A stretch of DNA of 39,832 nt from Octopus bimaculoides. Taxonomy: Eukaryota. The notes beneath the pieces are model-generated. The model was not told the DNA's origin. It saw only the letters and a list, made by a program, of their open reading frames with translations, and made no database searches. Shown here in pieces: positions 1 to 10,623 of the stretch. A program made the translations under genes and the position numbers. Numbering within the stretch: the first letter of the stretch is position 1; every line of letters begins with the position of its first letter. The stretch is taken from assembly GCF_001194135.2 (NCBI RefSeq), contig NC_069006.1, positions 16,700,090 through 16,739,921 of the forward strand. Reading direction: 5' to 3'.

Positions 1-8
1 TATAAATA

Positions 9-11
<3 letters not shown>

Positions 12-51
<40 letters not shown>
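12..51. repeat. (CA)n microsatellite
   Basis: Read directly. Confidence 0.97.
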
Positions 52-54
<3 letters not shown>

Positions 55-684
55 TTTATATTTCTAAATGACAACAAATATAGGCCATACAAGATTTTTA
101 TCTTTCAAAAAATACCATTTAAATCTGTTTTTAGTTCTTTAAAGTAACAAGCAGTTGCTGCTTGCTCTAGATGCATCAGTCAGATAGCTTGCACAGTGAT
201 GCAGCTGGAAGAAACAACAAAGAGAAACACATGTGCAAGAAATGGGGTAAAGTATTCTTAATGCGTCAGTCAATGCATTGAAGGGGTGTGTTGAGACCTT
301 TTACAAACTAGCTTGTGCTGACCCCTCCCTTGTGACACAGAAACTTAGTTACTGGTTAAAGAGGAGTATAGCATCACACCCACAGCCAAAGACAGCCCCC
401 ACCCACCCAACATGCTTCTTTGCTTACTCACTCAGAAAAAACACTTACACTGACCCAGAATGTCTTCTACTTGACCTATCACTATAAACCCCATCACCAC
501 AATTACCAACCTTCCAATACTTCCATTGCCACTACCAACGTCACATTCACCTCTACCACCACTATTACCACCACCAATACCATACAATCAACACAAGCGC
601 TACCATCACCACCATCACCGTTGCCTTCACTACCACAAGGAGCTATCACAATAGCCTTGCTGTCTCACAAGTGATCCTCTACAC

Positions 685-900
685 CAGTGGTTCTCTATAA
701 GATCTTTTGGGGGTCCATGCAATAAAATAGTAAACTGGGGATTCACAATAATATTTTAAGGGCCCATGAAAAATTTTTGCTTTAAATGTATGTATTGGTA
801 TATACTTGCAAGGAACAGCTAAGTTTCTTTCTCTAACATTTTATAAAGTTCAACCTACACAAGTTAATATGTCAAAAACAGAATAGGAATTTTGAAAAAA
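685..900 (+). mobile_element. Truncated hAT MITE, same family as 25212-25560
   Basis: Starts CAGTGGTTCTC. Internal sequence (gatcttttgggggtccatg...gggcccatgaaaaa...aataggaattttgaa) aligns with the 25212 copy. No right TIR seen. Confidence 0.6.
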
Positions 901-1189
901 GTATCTATAAAACTAGTTTTGTATGTGTATATATATACGTGGGTAAATGGATACACATATGGACAGGTAAATATAAAGATAGATAGGTAAATAGGTAATA
1001 GGGACAGACGGGCACAAACACACATATGTACATACAAATGAAGACTGAAACATGACCATATACACACACACTTCATACAAGGATACATATGGAGACACAC
1101 ATCCATACATAACAGACGCACATACATAGCCACACAAACTCATACACAGATAGTCAAACATGCACGCACAAGAAGATAAAGGAACAATT

Positions 1190-1337
1190 ACAAATACACA
1201 CACAAACACACAAGCACATGGACATGCAGAATACATACATACAAATGCACACACATGCATACATACATACAAACGTGCACACATGCATACATATGTATAT
1301 GCATACCACATACATACATACATACATGTATGTGCAC

Positions 1338-1390
<53 letters not shown>

Positions 1391-1465
1391 CACACACACA
1401 CATAGTTACATGTTTATATATATATATATATATATGTATCTTTGGATGATGATGATGATGATGAT
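1190..1465. repeat. Compound (CA)/(TA)/(CATA)/(GAT) microsatellite region
   Basis: Read directly; source of several spurious ORFs. Confidence 0.9.
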
Positions 1466-2013
1466 AGGAGATAAATTTGCAAAACAAAGGCAGAAATTTA
1501 ACTACAAAAAATATCATTTCATCTAAATACCAGAAATAAATACTGAAGTAATTAAACAAATAATATTTAAAATTACTTATTAAAGGACAATATACGACTT
1601 GAACACAATAGCAACACAATTTATATTATGTCATTATATGAACATGAAGAAAACAAAAATTACATTTTATTCAATGACTTGAAACAATGAAATGAAAATA
1701 AAAGCATTAAATCAGTCATTTAACGAGGTTTTCTTGGAAATATGGATATGTATATAGTCCAAATTTACAGAAAACAAAAATACACATAACTTTCTATCTC
1801 TCTCATATATATATATATATATACATATATGTATATAGACACACACACACACATATATATACACATACGCACATGTACTCAATAGATAGAGAGCTTATAT
1901 TTTATTTCAAGTTGAAGCTTCTTGAAACATAACTTAGATTCATATTCCATATAGTTCAAATTAAATCCTTTACATAGGTTATCGAGTTATGAGCTACAAA
2001 GTTATTCAGAAGT

Positions 2014-2361
2014 TTAAACTTTACACACACACACACACATTGATTTCCATTGCTTGTCAGAAGAGTGCCTCTCTTCACTGGACATTGCACAATCATGTAC
2101 ATGCAGGTGGCTTTTCAGCGCAGATTTTGTTCTGCAGGAACATTCACAGATATGACTTTTATTTCTCTTTCCAGTACAAGTGTACCACAGAGTGTCTAGC
2201 AGTAGAACCATTTCACAAGCAGCTTGGTTTCTACCTGGCTCATGTGATTTCAGGTAGCAGAAAACCTCAGCTCTTGAGAAGGTAAATTGTTCGCACACAT
2301 TGCACTTTAATTCCTGCTGGGTTTCTTCAGGTATTGTACATGAGATAAGGTCTACCATCAA
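2014..2361 (-). pseudogene. Degenerate C2H2 zinc-finger-like reading frame (LINE ORF2 C-terminus or ZNF relic)
   Basis: KCNVCEQFTFSRAEVFCYLKSH and HICECSCRTKSALKSHLHVH resemble C2H2 fingers, each missing a ligand or spacing residue. Confidence 0.45.
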
Positions 2362-3507
2362 AGAGATGAGTATAGGAAAATCTCCTGGTTTGGATGGAAT
2401 ACCAGTTGATGATATGTTGTGAATTTATGGAAAGAAATCCCATATAGCTCAATAATTTTGTTAAAAATGGAGAAGAGAAGATGTTAAAATATATAAGAGA
2501 ATTTTTCATTCTTACAGATGATCATTTCATAGAGATATGAAAATCATGCAAATACATGATTGAATTGAATTAATTAAATTAATTAAATTCATTCTGTGGT
2601 AGAATCACTGGGATACATTTTTTGACAGCTCTAACAGTTTGAATTCTGAGTACAGTTCCTGTGAAAGATGCCACACCTGAGGATGGAACATAGGAATTCA
2701 TGACTGCAAACCAAGCTTCTCAACCACATGCCCCTGCTTGGGTTCATTTCCAAAGTCTACTCTAGATGTAAGTTTACAGTTTGATCCTACTGTATGGAAT
2801 CTTGGAAAGTGTCTTCAATCATAGAACTAGATTGACCCAAATCTTGTGAGTGAAATTAGATAGATAGATGGAAACTAAGTGGAAGCCAGTCAGATGGAAT
2901 GTACCTGAAATTCAAAGATCCAACCCTGTCACATACACAGAACCACACTGAACCGATTCTACCAGAAAAATGTTAAGAGTTTGTGGAATACCCAGTCAAT
3001 TGCATTTAATTGAGTAAGTAATTCAAATAATCAAAGAACTGGAATATACTCAACAATGAAGCCAACAGAAGATTTATTTATTAACAATTAAACATGCCTA
3101 GATACATTGACAAATATCACAACATCGAATCCATAAGTTGGTAGAGAGAAAAACAATAAAGACTTGATGTTCCAAGATTGCCTTTACATCTCAGCAGAAA
3201 AAAATAAAAATCCAATTGGAAAACATTTTCTCCCTCAGAAGAAGTCAGTCCTAAAATGGTCATATTGCATTTTTCCTCCCACATAGCATAGAAACTTATC
3301 ACCACATTCATTAATTTTGTTGAATAATTTTTGATGATGCACAAACCACCACTAGTTTCCAAACACGGCAATATACATGCTTACATTAATTAATACATCA
3401 ATACACGTGCTTATATACGCTACCATATGTACTACATACTTACACATGCATACTAAATACAAAAACACACATAGACAGTGGAAACAGTGACTAAAACTTA
3501 AAATGCT

Positions 3508-3600
3508 AAGTTATGTAAATGCCCATCTCAGTTATGTAAATACCCCCACTGTTATGTAAGGTATCCCCTCAGTTACGTGATGCACCTCATTCAGTTATAC
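3508..3600. repeat. Degenerate ~20-bp tandem repeat (agttatgtaa..ccc), about 5 units
   Basis: Recurrent gttatgtaa / gttacgtga cores. Confidence 0.7.
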
Positions 3601-4110
3601 AAACTGACACAGTATCGCGCTCTAGCACAGGGGTTTTCAAACTTTTTGACTTGCAGACCCCTTTATATTTCAGGCTTTACCTTAGGGACCCCCTTATAAA
3701 CGCTTTTGAAATTTATACATAAATATTTGCTTAAAATAACATATATTTTTACATTTATTTATTTAACAGTATTTAACAAATAGGTTTATTGTCAATTAAA
3801 AGATTTCGATTAAAAAACATATATAAAATCAAATTGTCCCAAAAAAGTATTTGCTGTCCACGGACCCCCCGTCTTGTCCTTGCGGACCCCCCTGTGGTCC
3901 ACGGACCACAGTTTGAAAACCCCTGCTCTAGCAGATACTTTTCCTTCAGCCTTGCTGCTAACAGTTCTGCTTTATCTTTTGAGAGAGATAGGTCTCTGAC
4001 AAGGTCATTCAGTTCGGCTTGGGAAAATTTCTGAGGTTCAAAGCTATTGTCAACAGTCGCGTAAGCACTATCATGACAGTCAGTATCATCATAATAATTA
4101 TCATCAGTCC
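3580..4110 (-). mobile_element. DNA transposase remnant (Chapaev3/CMC-like, family tentative), interrupted by the hAT MITE
   Basis: Translation SFEPQKFSQAELNDLVRDLSLSKDKAELLAARLKEKYLLE continues as RDTVSV once the MITE and one TSD copy are removed. I recognise the motif from a widespread invertebrate transposase family. Confidence 0.7.
3628..3925. mobile_element. hAT non-autonomous element (MITE) with a perfect 8-bp TSD
   Basis: 16-bp TIRs CAGGGGTTTTCAAACT / AGTTTGAAAACCCCTG. TSD CTCTAGCA at 3620-3627 and 3926-3933. Confidence 0.93.
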
Positions 4111-4149
4111 CAGAATGTGTGTGTGTGTGCACTGTACAATGCTAGAAAT

Positions 4150-4280
4150 GATTAGAGTGAGGTTGGCACCAGACAGAAAGTTTAGTAGAATGAGGTTGGC
4201 ACTAGACAGAGGGTTTGGTGAGATGAGGTTGGCACCAAGGGAGAGAAAGGGAGTGTGCTGGTATGAGATTGGCACCAACA
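4150..4280. repeat. Degenerate ~33-bp tandem repeat (tgaggttggcacc), 4 units
   Basis: gaggttggcac recurs at about 4159, 4192 and 4224, and gagattggcac at about 4264. Confidence 0.75.
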
Positions 4281-4620
4281 GACTGTTGGTACATACAGGT
4301 ACACTGACAATATTTCTCACAGAAAACAATTGTTTGGTTAAAAGTTCCAGCAAAGAATTCAGGTAAATATTTGTTATTTAACTTTACTAAACCTACATAC
4401 TCGTTAAACCATTGTCAACTAATCTGACCTGACATTCACACACACACACACACACATACACACAGGTATGTGAGATATCTTTTGTTGCACACACACACAC
4501 ACATTATACATAGAATACACAGCCACTAAATGAATCTCTATACAGCCACTTGATCTGCTGGAAATATCAGTCAAATCTCATTCATTTCACATCCTGTCAC
4601 CTTATAAAAGGAAGGAGACA

Positions 4621-4733
4621 TTGGACGGCCCGAGGCTATAGTAGAAGACACTTGCCCAAGGTGACACGCAGTGGGGCTGAACCCAGAACCATGCGGTTGG
4701 TAAGCAAACTACTTACCACACAGCCACTCCTGC
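4621..4733 (-). mobile_element. SINE family C, 5' part
   Basis: Reverse complement of 39492-39600. Confidence 0.88.
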
Positions 4734-4739
4734 TACGTT

Positions 4740-5039
4740 TATATATTTATTTTGTTGCTAGTGTTAAGCAGTTGCTGTCTGAGAGAAACTATACAACATT
4801 TGAAGGCAGTCTGCACTAATCTCAAGCCTCTTCCTCCTTTATCTCTTCTTAGGTGGAGCCTGTGAATATCATTTCTGTGGAAGTTACGACTTGATGCCAG
4901 GATCTTGTGGATTTTAATGTATACAGAATGGATTTCCTCTACAGACCAGACAAGTATCCCAAATGTTGGAATTGGCACTGGTACTGTCTTGTTACAAGAG
5001 AAGAGTTCTGGTGTAATATTCTTGGGGCACTGTCTTCAT
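4740..5039 (-). mobile_element. Non-LTR retrotransposon RT/thumb fragment (R4/Dong-like RLE clade, tentative)
   Basis: PTFGILVWSVEEIHSVYIKIHKIL...NFHRNDIHRLHLRRDKGGRGL resembles the 'FG...W...ID.K.RK.L...H...RLYLPR..GGRGL' motif. Confidence 0.75.
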
Positions 5040-5902
5040 NNNNNNNNNNNNNNNNNNNNNTTCTTCTCACATTGCTGTCTGCTATAGTTGAGATGACACA
5101 GTTGCTGAAATCTCTTCCTCAGTTTAGAAATATGTCAAGCAAAAAGCTTGACTTACTTCTGAACAGACAAAGAAATGGGAGAAGCAAAAAGATAAGAGAT
5201 AAAAATAGGTTTGATGATTTAAGCTGTTGGTGGGGGAAAGAGAAACACACAGACAGAGACTTATCACCTACATATGTGTGTGAGTGAGTGTATATATACA
5301 CCCACACAAAGCACACATAATACACACAGACACACACACACACACACACAAATTCATATGTTTAAATGACTTTATTAACCTCTAAGCAACAGGAAAAAGA
5401 ACCTGATGTTTCTGGGATTGCTCCTTTGTGTGTGTGTGTGTGTGTGTACATACATATATATACACACAGATACATACATGGATGCACATGCACACACACA
5501 CACACACACGTATAAATTGATAGGGGAGGGCGGAGGAGATGGAGCATTATTCAGCAGCTCACTTTTTAAACAAGGAAAAGTTTTCTTTGATAATAATAAG
5601 AAAATTTCCCCTCACTCTTCCACACCCACTCATTTATGACCTAATGTCTAGCTACCAGCAAATCTACACATATCTTTTCATTTTTTTTTGGTATCAGAAT
5701 CATCATCCTCTGCACCCAGATTGCAATTTGAGGGATATTTGGCTACCATGTCTAACTGCTTGAGCAACCACATATACAGTGCCTCATTGATCCTGTTGTT
5801 TTATTTTGCTGTTGTTGCTGAACTCTGAGCCAGCTCTGTCTGATAGTGCAGTCCTATAACCAAAAGGAACCTCAGATCAGCTCTGATTCAGCAAACCTTT
5901 AA

Positions 5903-6124
5903 CCCTTTAACATGCTGATTATCAGTCACATGTAATGCTTAATCAGTCATACTGCTTTTAAATTAATTAAGCAATATCTTGTAGCTTTGAGATTTCAGTA
6001 ATGCAGTCATTTTTTTTTTTTTAATGACATTGTAGGGTAGGTATGTGAAACCATATCTAACGAGTTTAAACATAAAATAAGTAAAACGTTTGAGCCAGAT
6101 ATGGTTAGTTTAAATAATAAAGGG
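5903..6124. mobile_element. piggyBac-type MITE
   Basis: TTAA|CCCTTTA...TAAAGGG|TTAA, with TTAA at 5899-5902 and 6125-6128. Confidence 0.8.
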
Positions 6125-6254
6125 TTAATCTTAGGGAACTCCAGATCAGTTTTGAATAAATATAAGTTTTGGTGAACTCAACCAGGATAGTGGTTTCTTA
6201 TTTTAGACAGCAATTTTAAGAGGACAGGATTATTCAGTGTCATTAACCCCAGTA

Positions 6255-6630
6255 GGAGGCGCAATGGCCCAGTGGTTAGGGCAGCGGACTCGCGGTCATA
6301 GGATCACGGTTTCGATTCCCAGACCGGGTGTTGTGAGTGTTTATTGAGTGAAAACACCTAAAGCTCCACCACACTCTTCCACCATACTCTTCCACCATAC
6401 TCTTCCACCACAACTTTTTCTCACTCTTACTTCCTGTTTCTGTTGTGCCTGTAATTCAAAGGGTCAACCTTGTCACACTGTGTTACACTGAATATCCCCG
6501 AGAACTACGCTAAGGGTACACGTGTCTGTGGAGTGCTCAGCCACTTGCACATTAATTTCACGAGCAGGCTGTTCCGTTGGTCGGATCAACTGGAACCCTC
6601 GACGTCGTAAGCGACAGGGTGCCAACAACA
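6255..6630 (+). mobile_element. tRNA-derived SINE (family A), full length, 11-bp TSD
   Basis: A-box TGGCCCAGTGG, B-box GTTTCGATTCC, (CAA) tail. TSD TAACCCCAGTA at 6244-6254 and 6631-6641. Confidence 0.92.
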
Positions 6631-6671
6631 TAACCCCAGTAATTGACAAGTGGCTTTAAAGGGTGAAATAA

Positions 6672-6885
6672 TTCTTTCTACTACAAGCACAAGGCCTGAA
6701 ATTTTGAAGGAGGAGGTTAGTCGATTACATCATCCCCAGTGCTCAACTGGTATTTATTTTATCAACCCTGAAAGGATGAGAGGCAAACTTGACTATGGCA
6801 GAATTTGAACTTAGAACATGAAGATAGGCAAAATGCTACAAAACATTTTGCCTGGCATGTTAACAATTCTGCCAGCTCACCACCT
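6672..6885 (-). mobile_element. SINE family B, older copy
   Basis: Reverse complement of the ggtgagctggcagaat...gttctaagttcaaattc...tttgcctctcatcctttcagggttgataaa core. Confidence 0.8.
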
Positions 6886-6902
6886 TAATAATAATAATGA
6901 TG

Positions 6903-7062
6903 ATTCCAAATTTTGGCACAGGGCCGGCAATTTCAGGGGAGAGATTAAACTAATTCCAGTGTTCAACTGGTGCTTATTTTATCAAACCTGAAAGGATGAA
7001 AGGCAAAGATGATCTCAGTGGAATTTGAACTCAGAACATAAAGACAGGTGAAATATCACTAA
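6903..7062 (-). mobile_element. SINE family B, older truncated copy
   Basis: gaaaggatgaaaggcaaag...gaatttgaactcagaac core. Confidence 0.7.
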
Positions 7063-7261
7063 CTACTGCTGATGAACATTTCTTGTCTGCTACTGATACC
7101 CCTGTGGTTTTATGCACCAGATCTCTGAGAGACTTTCTCAGGGCTAGTTCTGCAGTATTAGGCACTCCTGTAATACATCCACATTAAGTAGGATATAAAG
7201 GTTGCTTTTCAGTAATAATGTTACCTCATCACTAATAGCTAATAATAATAATAATAATTAT

Positions 7262-7430
7262 TGTTTCTAATTTAAGCATAAGGTCAACAACTCTGAGGGG
7301 AGAGATAGCTAATTAAATTCATTCCAGTACTTGATGGGTACTTTGTTTTATCTACTCCTCATGAATGATGACTTCAGCAGGATTTGAACTCAGAATGCAA
7401 TGAGTTGGAAGAAATATCGCTAAGCATTTA
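7262..7430 (-). mobile_element. SINE family B, degenerate copy
   Basis: gatttgaactcagaatg...gaaatatcgctaagcattt, preceded by (AAT)n. Confidence 0.6.
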
Positions 7431-7439
7431 ATTCATAAT

Positions 7440-7640
7440 GTTGTTGTGTAGGTCCAAGTCAACCCTGACTATTCCAGTAGCCCTATAATCAAAAGGCATT
7501 TAAGCCATGACCATCCCATAGTTTTAAGCATATAATATCTTGGACTACATCATCCAATGTATCCTTCCTATTATAGGAAGGATAAGCTTAAGGAGATTTG
7601 GCTGTTATTTCTAATAGATTAAAGGACCCTATAGAGGCTC
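7440..7640 (+). repeat. Old interspersed repeat family; further fragments near 14070-14230, 15470-15660, 24600-24830 and 31030-31120
   Basis: Shared motifs aaaggcatt..agccatgaccatcc, ggactacat.atccaat and gagatttggctgttatttcta. Class not determined. Confidence 0.55.
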
Positions 7641-7659
7641 ACCTGTAATAAAAATAAGT

Positions 7660-7750
7660 GGTGATGATGATGGTGGTGATGATGATGGTGGTGGTGATGA
7701 TGATGGTGGTGGTGATGCTGACGACAGTTGCGATGATAATGGTGATAATA
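7660..7750. repeat. (GAT/GGT)n trinucleotide array
   Basis: Read directly. Confidence 0.9.
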
Positions 7751-8163
7751 ACAGGTGATTATATGAAGTGAAAACAATAACATTAATCTTTGCAATTTAG
7801 GTGAAAAATGAACTGTTAACACTTGAATAATTTATAAATAGCAAAATATTTTACTGCCTAATATCAGTTTGACGAATTAACAATGAAATAATGTTAAATT
7901 ATCCCTTTAATTACCGTAAACGGTACCAATTGAGATTAACTTCAGTTTAATTCTGACATTTAACAATAAGTATTAATCTCATTAAAGATAACCTGTAATT
8001 AAATTTAATCTTTGATAAATGAAAGAATTCCTGATAGCCGAGGGGTGACACTGGACCTGATTTTTTTTGTGGCTGTAACAATATTGGGATTAACTGTACA
8101 AGACAAAGAGGCATAGCTTGTAAACTGCACTAAGCCCCATCTGTAATAGTCAGTACATGTTCA

Positions 8164-8354
8164 CTGTGTGGCACTATAGTCCCTCTGTGTGGCACTATAG
8201 TCCCTATTGTGTGACACTATAGTCCCTCTGTGTGGCACTATAGTCCCTCTGTGTGACACTATAGTCCCTCTGTGTGGCATTATAGTCCCTCTGTGTGGCA
8301 TTATAGTCCCTACTGTGTGGCATAATAGTCCCTCTGTGTGGCACTAAAGACCCT
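8164..8354. repeat. Minisatellite, nine copies of 21 bp (CTGTGTGGCACTATAGTCCCT)
   Basis: Units read directly; variant positions G/A and C/T, and two single-A insertions. Confidence 0.95.
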
Positions 8355-8920
8355 CACTGACCAAAGCCCTGTGAGTAGATTTGGTAGATAGAAGCTGAAA
8401 AAAGGCGAGCTGGCAGAATCGTTAGCACGCCGAGCGAAATGCTTATCGGTATTCCGTCTGTCGTTACGTTCTGAGTTCAAATTCCGCCGAGGTCAACTTT
8501 GCCTTTCATCCTTTCAGGGTCGATAAATTGAGTACCTGTTACGCACTGGAGTCGATGTAATCGACTTAATCCCTTTGTCTGTCCTTGTTTGTCCCCTCTC
8601 TGTTTAGCCCCTTGTGGGCAGTAAAGAAATAAGAAGCTGAAAAAAGACTATCACATATGTGCTTGTGCATGTGTGTGTGTGTGTTTCCTTGTCTTGACGT
8701 CATGACAGTTGTAAATTGAATGTCACAGTCATACAAAGAGTGTCATTCATTCCCAATATTCTGCAAAATCATGTTGGGCCATGGGGAAATATTACCTTAC
8801 TTGGTAAAAGGTAACGGTTAGCAACAGGAGGGGCATCTGGGCATAGAAAATCTGTCACAATAAACTCAATCATACCCATACAAGCACAAAAAAGTAGATG
8901 ATGAAATAATGATGAAACAG
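8345..8920 (+). mobile_element. Composite family C-like SINE body with an RTE-type 3' tail (host of the 8404-8631 insertion)
   Basis: gaccaaagccctgtgagtagatttggtaga...(TG)n...caggagggggcatctgg..tagaaaatctg...tail. Confidence 0.6.
8404..8631 (+). mobile_element. tRNA-derived SINE (family B), 14-bp TSD, nested in a family C-like SINE
   Basis: GGCGAGCTGGCAGAATCGTTAGC head and GAGTTCAAATTCC box. TSD AGAAGCTGAAAAAA at 8390-8403 and 8632-8645. Confidence 0.92.
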
Positions 8921-9299
8921 ACATAAAAGTTTTTACTTAACACACAGTTGTGTAAATATAACTTTATGTCACCTTGAACTGGGTCGCATTTATTTTCCAT
9001 TCTTTCTACAAATACTTGTGTGAAATAGGTCACAGTGAAATAGAGAAAAAGATTCAATGATTTCAAATGAACGTTTTTAAAGCCTTAGCTTGTTAAGCTG
9101 AGGTTTTAAAAACTTAACTGATACCTATTATCACAGATATAATTTTATAGCTGTGAGAATAGGTATAAGGAAGTTAACTGATCTAGTTAGTAGACTGAAA
9201 CACATAGCAGGAGAAAGAGAGATTTTGAAAGATTTTTCTCTATCAAGAAATATACCTTTAAACACTACTCCTTGCAATCTTTGATATGGATGTTGTCTT

Positions 9300-9633
9300 T
9301 GATCACATCACCCCAACATCTGGTCACCTAACTCTCCAGACTGCAACCACCTTTATTATTGTGTGTGGAGCGCAGTTGAGTGAGAGATCAACAAAACTCT
9401 TTGTAACACCAAAGATGAACTGAAGGCAAGGATTATGGCAGCATTCACCAACCTAAACACGGAGACCACCCAGAAGAATTCCAGGAGATTCCAAAGTCAT
9501 CTGGCAGCTGTGGTTGAAGCCAATAGCGATTTTAATGAATAAATTTACTGTTTAGTATTTCAAGATATTTTTATGAAATTTTGGTAAATATATCTGTTAA
9601 AATGAGATATCAGTGTTATTTTCATCTTTGCAT
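9300..9633 (+). mobile_element. Tc1/mariner maT (DD37D-type) transposase, 3' fragment
   Basis: NIWSPNSPDCNHLYYCVWSAVE*EINKTLCNTKDELKARIMAAFTNLN...AVVEANSDFNE* (about 9313-9542). Confidence 0.85.
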
Positions 9634-10596
9634 TATATATATATATATATNNNNNNNNNNNNNNNNNNNNNNNNNNNNNNNNNNNNNNNNNNNNNNNNNN
9701 NNNNNNNATATATGCATATATCTGTATATATATCTACATCTATATATCTGTATCTATCTATATATCTATTACATGGAAAAATGCAAGCAAGAGAAATAAT
9801 ATTCTTAAGATTATAAATCTGGAAAAGTACAGGACAAGCTATTACACTTTATATGTTTGTGTGTATGTATATATGTATACATACATATATGTATCCATTC
9901 ATACACACACACATACACACAAACATACATATACATAGACATGTGCGTATACTATGGGCTACATGTGTGTGTGTGTATGTGCGTGAGCATATTGGTGAAA
10001 AGATAAACATGTTGGTAAGAAACTTGCTGGTAAATAGGTGTAGTGAACAAAAACACTTTGCATTATTTATTCCTCCAATGTTTCAAAAATACATGTCATT
10101 CCCTTGGTGCTCTTACCATCAAAAATGCAACAAATCAACAGAGACAAGCGTCCATTTAATTTTGTACAAAAACAACACTATTGTTCACAAATACACAACA
10201 GAAAAATTTTAATTTTAATAATTTTGCTTCCTCTATCTTCAATGTCTCCACAGACATGCAGTTACAACAAGAATACAAGATGGGTTTCCATCATTATTAC
10301 CAAACACCAGCACACAGGCTACTAGCTGATGACAACAGAAAAGTTGAAACAATTTTTTTCCTCAAGACAGTAAAGATTACACCAAAAGACAAATATATAA
10401 ATAAATGAATAAAATAAATCCGGAAAAGTATTTGGTAAAACCTGAAAACTAATAAACCAAAATGTGGGTAATGTCTAAAACAACTAGTGCAGGTTGGTTT
10501 CTACAAATAATGTTCAGTGATAAAATAAAAAAGGAAGGGAGAGAGCAAAGAGAAGTGCTGGGTAATGTTTGTCTGGGGTCTGTGAGCAAAACTTAC

Positions 10597-10623
10597 CAAA
10601 ATCTCATCATATTGTTCAGAGAA
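10597..10623 (-). CDS. Candidate 27-nt microexon of the myosin-XVIII gene, encoding FSEQYDEIL (phase 0/0)
   Basis: Minus strand reads ataactttttcag|TTCTCTGAACAATATGATGAGATTTTG|gtaagt. It is stop-free and matches the phase-0 donor of the PDZ exon. Confidence 0.6.

Noticed and set aside
2175-2281. Plus-strand exon-like segment (tttccag ... AAG|gtaaat)
   Set aside because: No recognisable protein or partner exons; the opposite strand explains the sequence better as a zinc-finger-like relic.
5151-5215. Long pyrimidine tract then cag|AA|gtaagt on the minus strand, suggesting a 2-nt microexon, with a GTCAAGC/GCTTGAC hairpin over the donor
   Set aside because: A 2-nt exon would shift the frame, and a longer exon from the same AG has stops in all three frames. 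It abuts a SINE remnant. Reconsider only if junction reads appear.
6255-6330. tRNA-like sequences here and at 8404, 32587 and 39492
   Set aside because: These are SINE heads with no acceptor stem or complete cloverleaf, followed by SINE bodies. They are not tRNA genes.
7060-7175. Minus-strand frame VPNTAELALRKSLRDLVHKTTG after a tacag acceptor, faintly like MYO18 'WLVHK'
   Set aside because: Wrong phase for the upstream donors, the conserved Trp residues are missing, there is no clear donor, and it lies between SINE relics.
8207-8269. GTGACACTATAG in the minisatellite matches the SP6 phage promoter core
   Set aside because: The upstream ATTTAG is absent, and the match arises from a G>A variant of a SINE-derived repeat unit. 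It is not vector sequence.
8164-8354. Regular direct repeats resembling a CRISPR array
   Set aside because: The units are contiguous with no unique spacers, there are no cas genes, and the context is eukaryotic.
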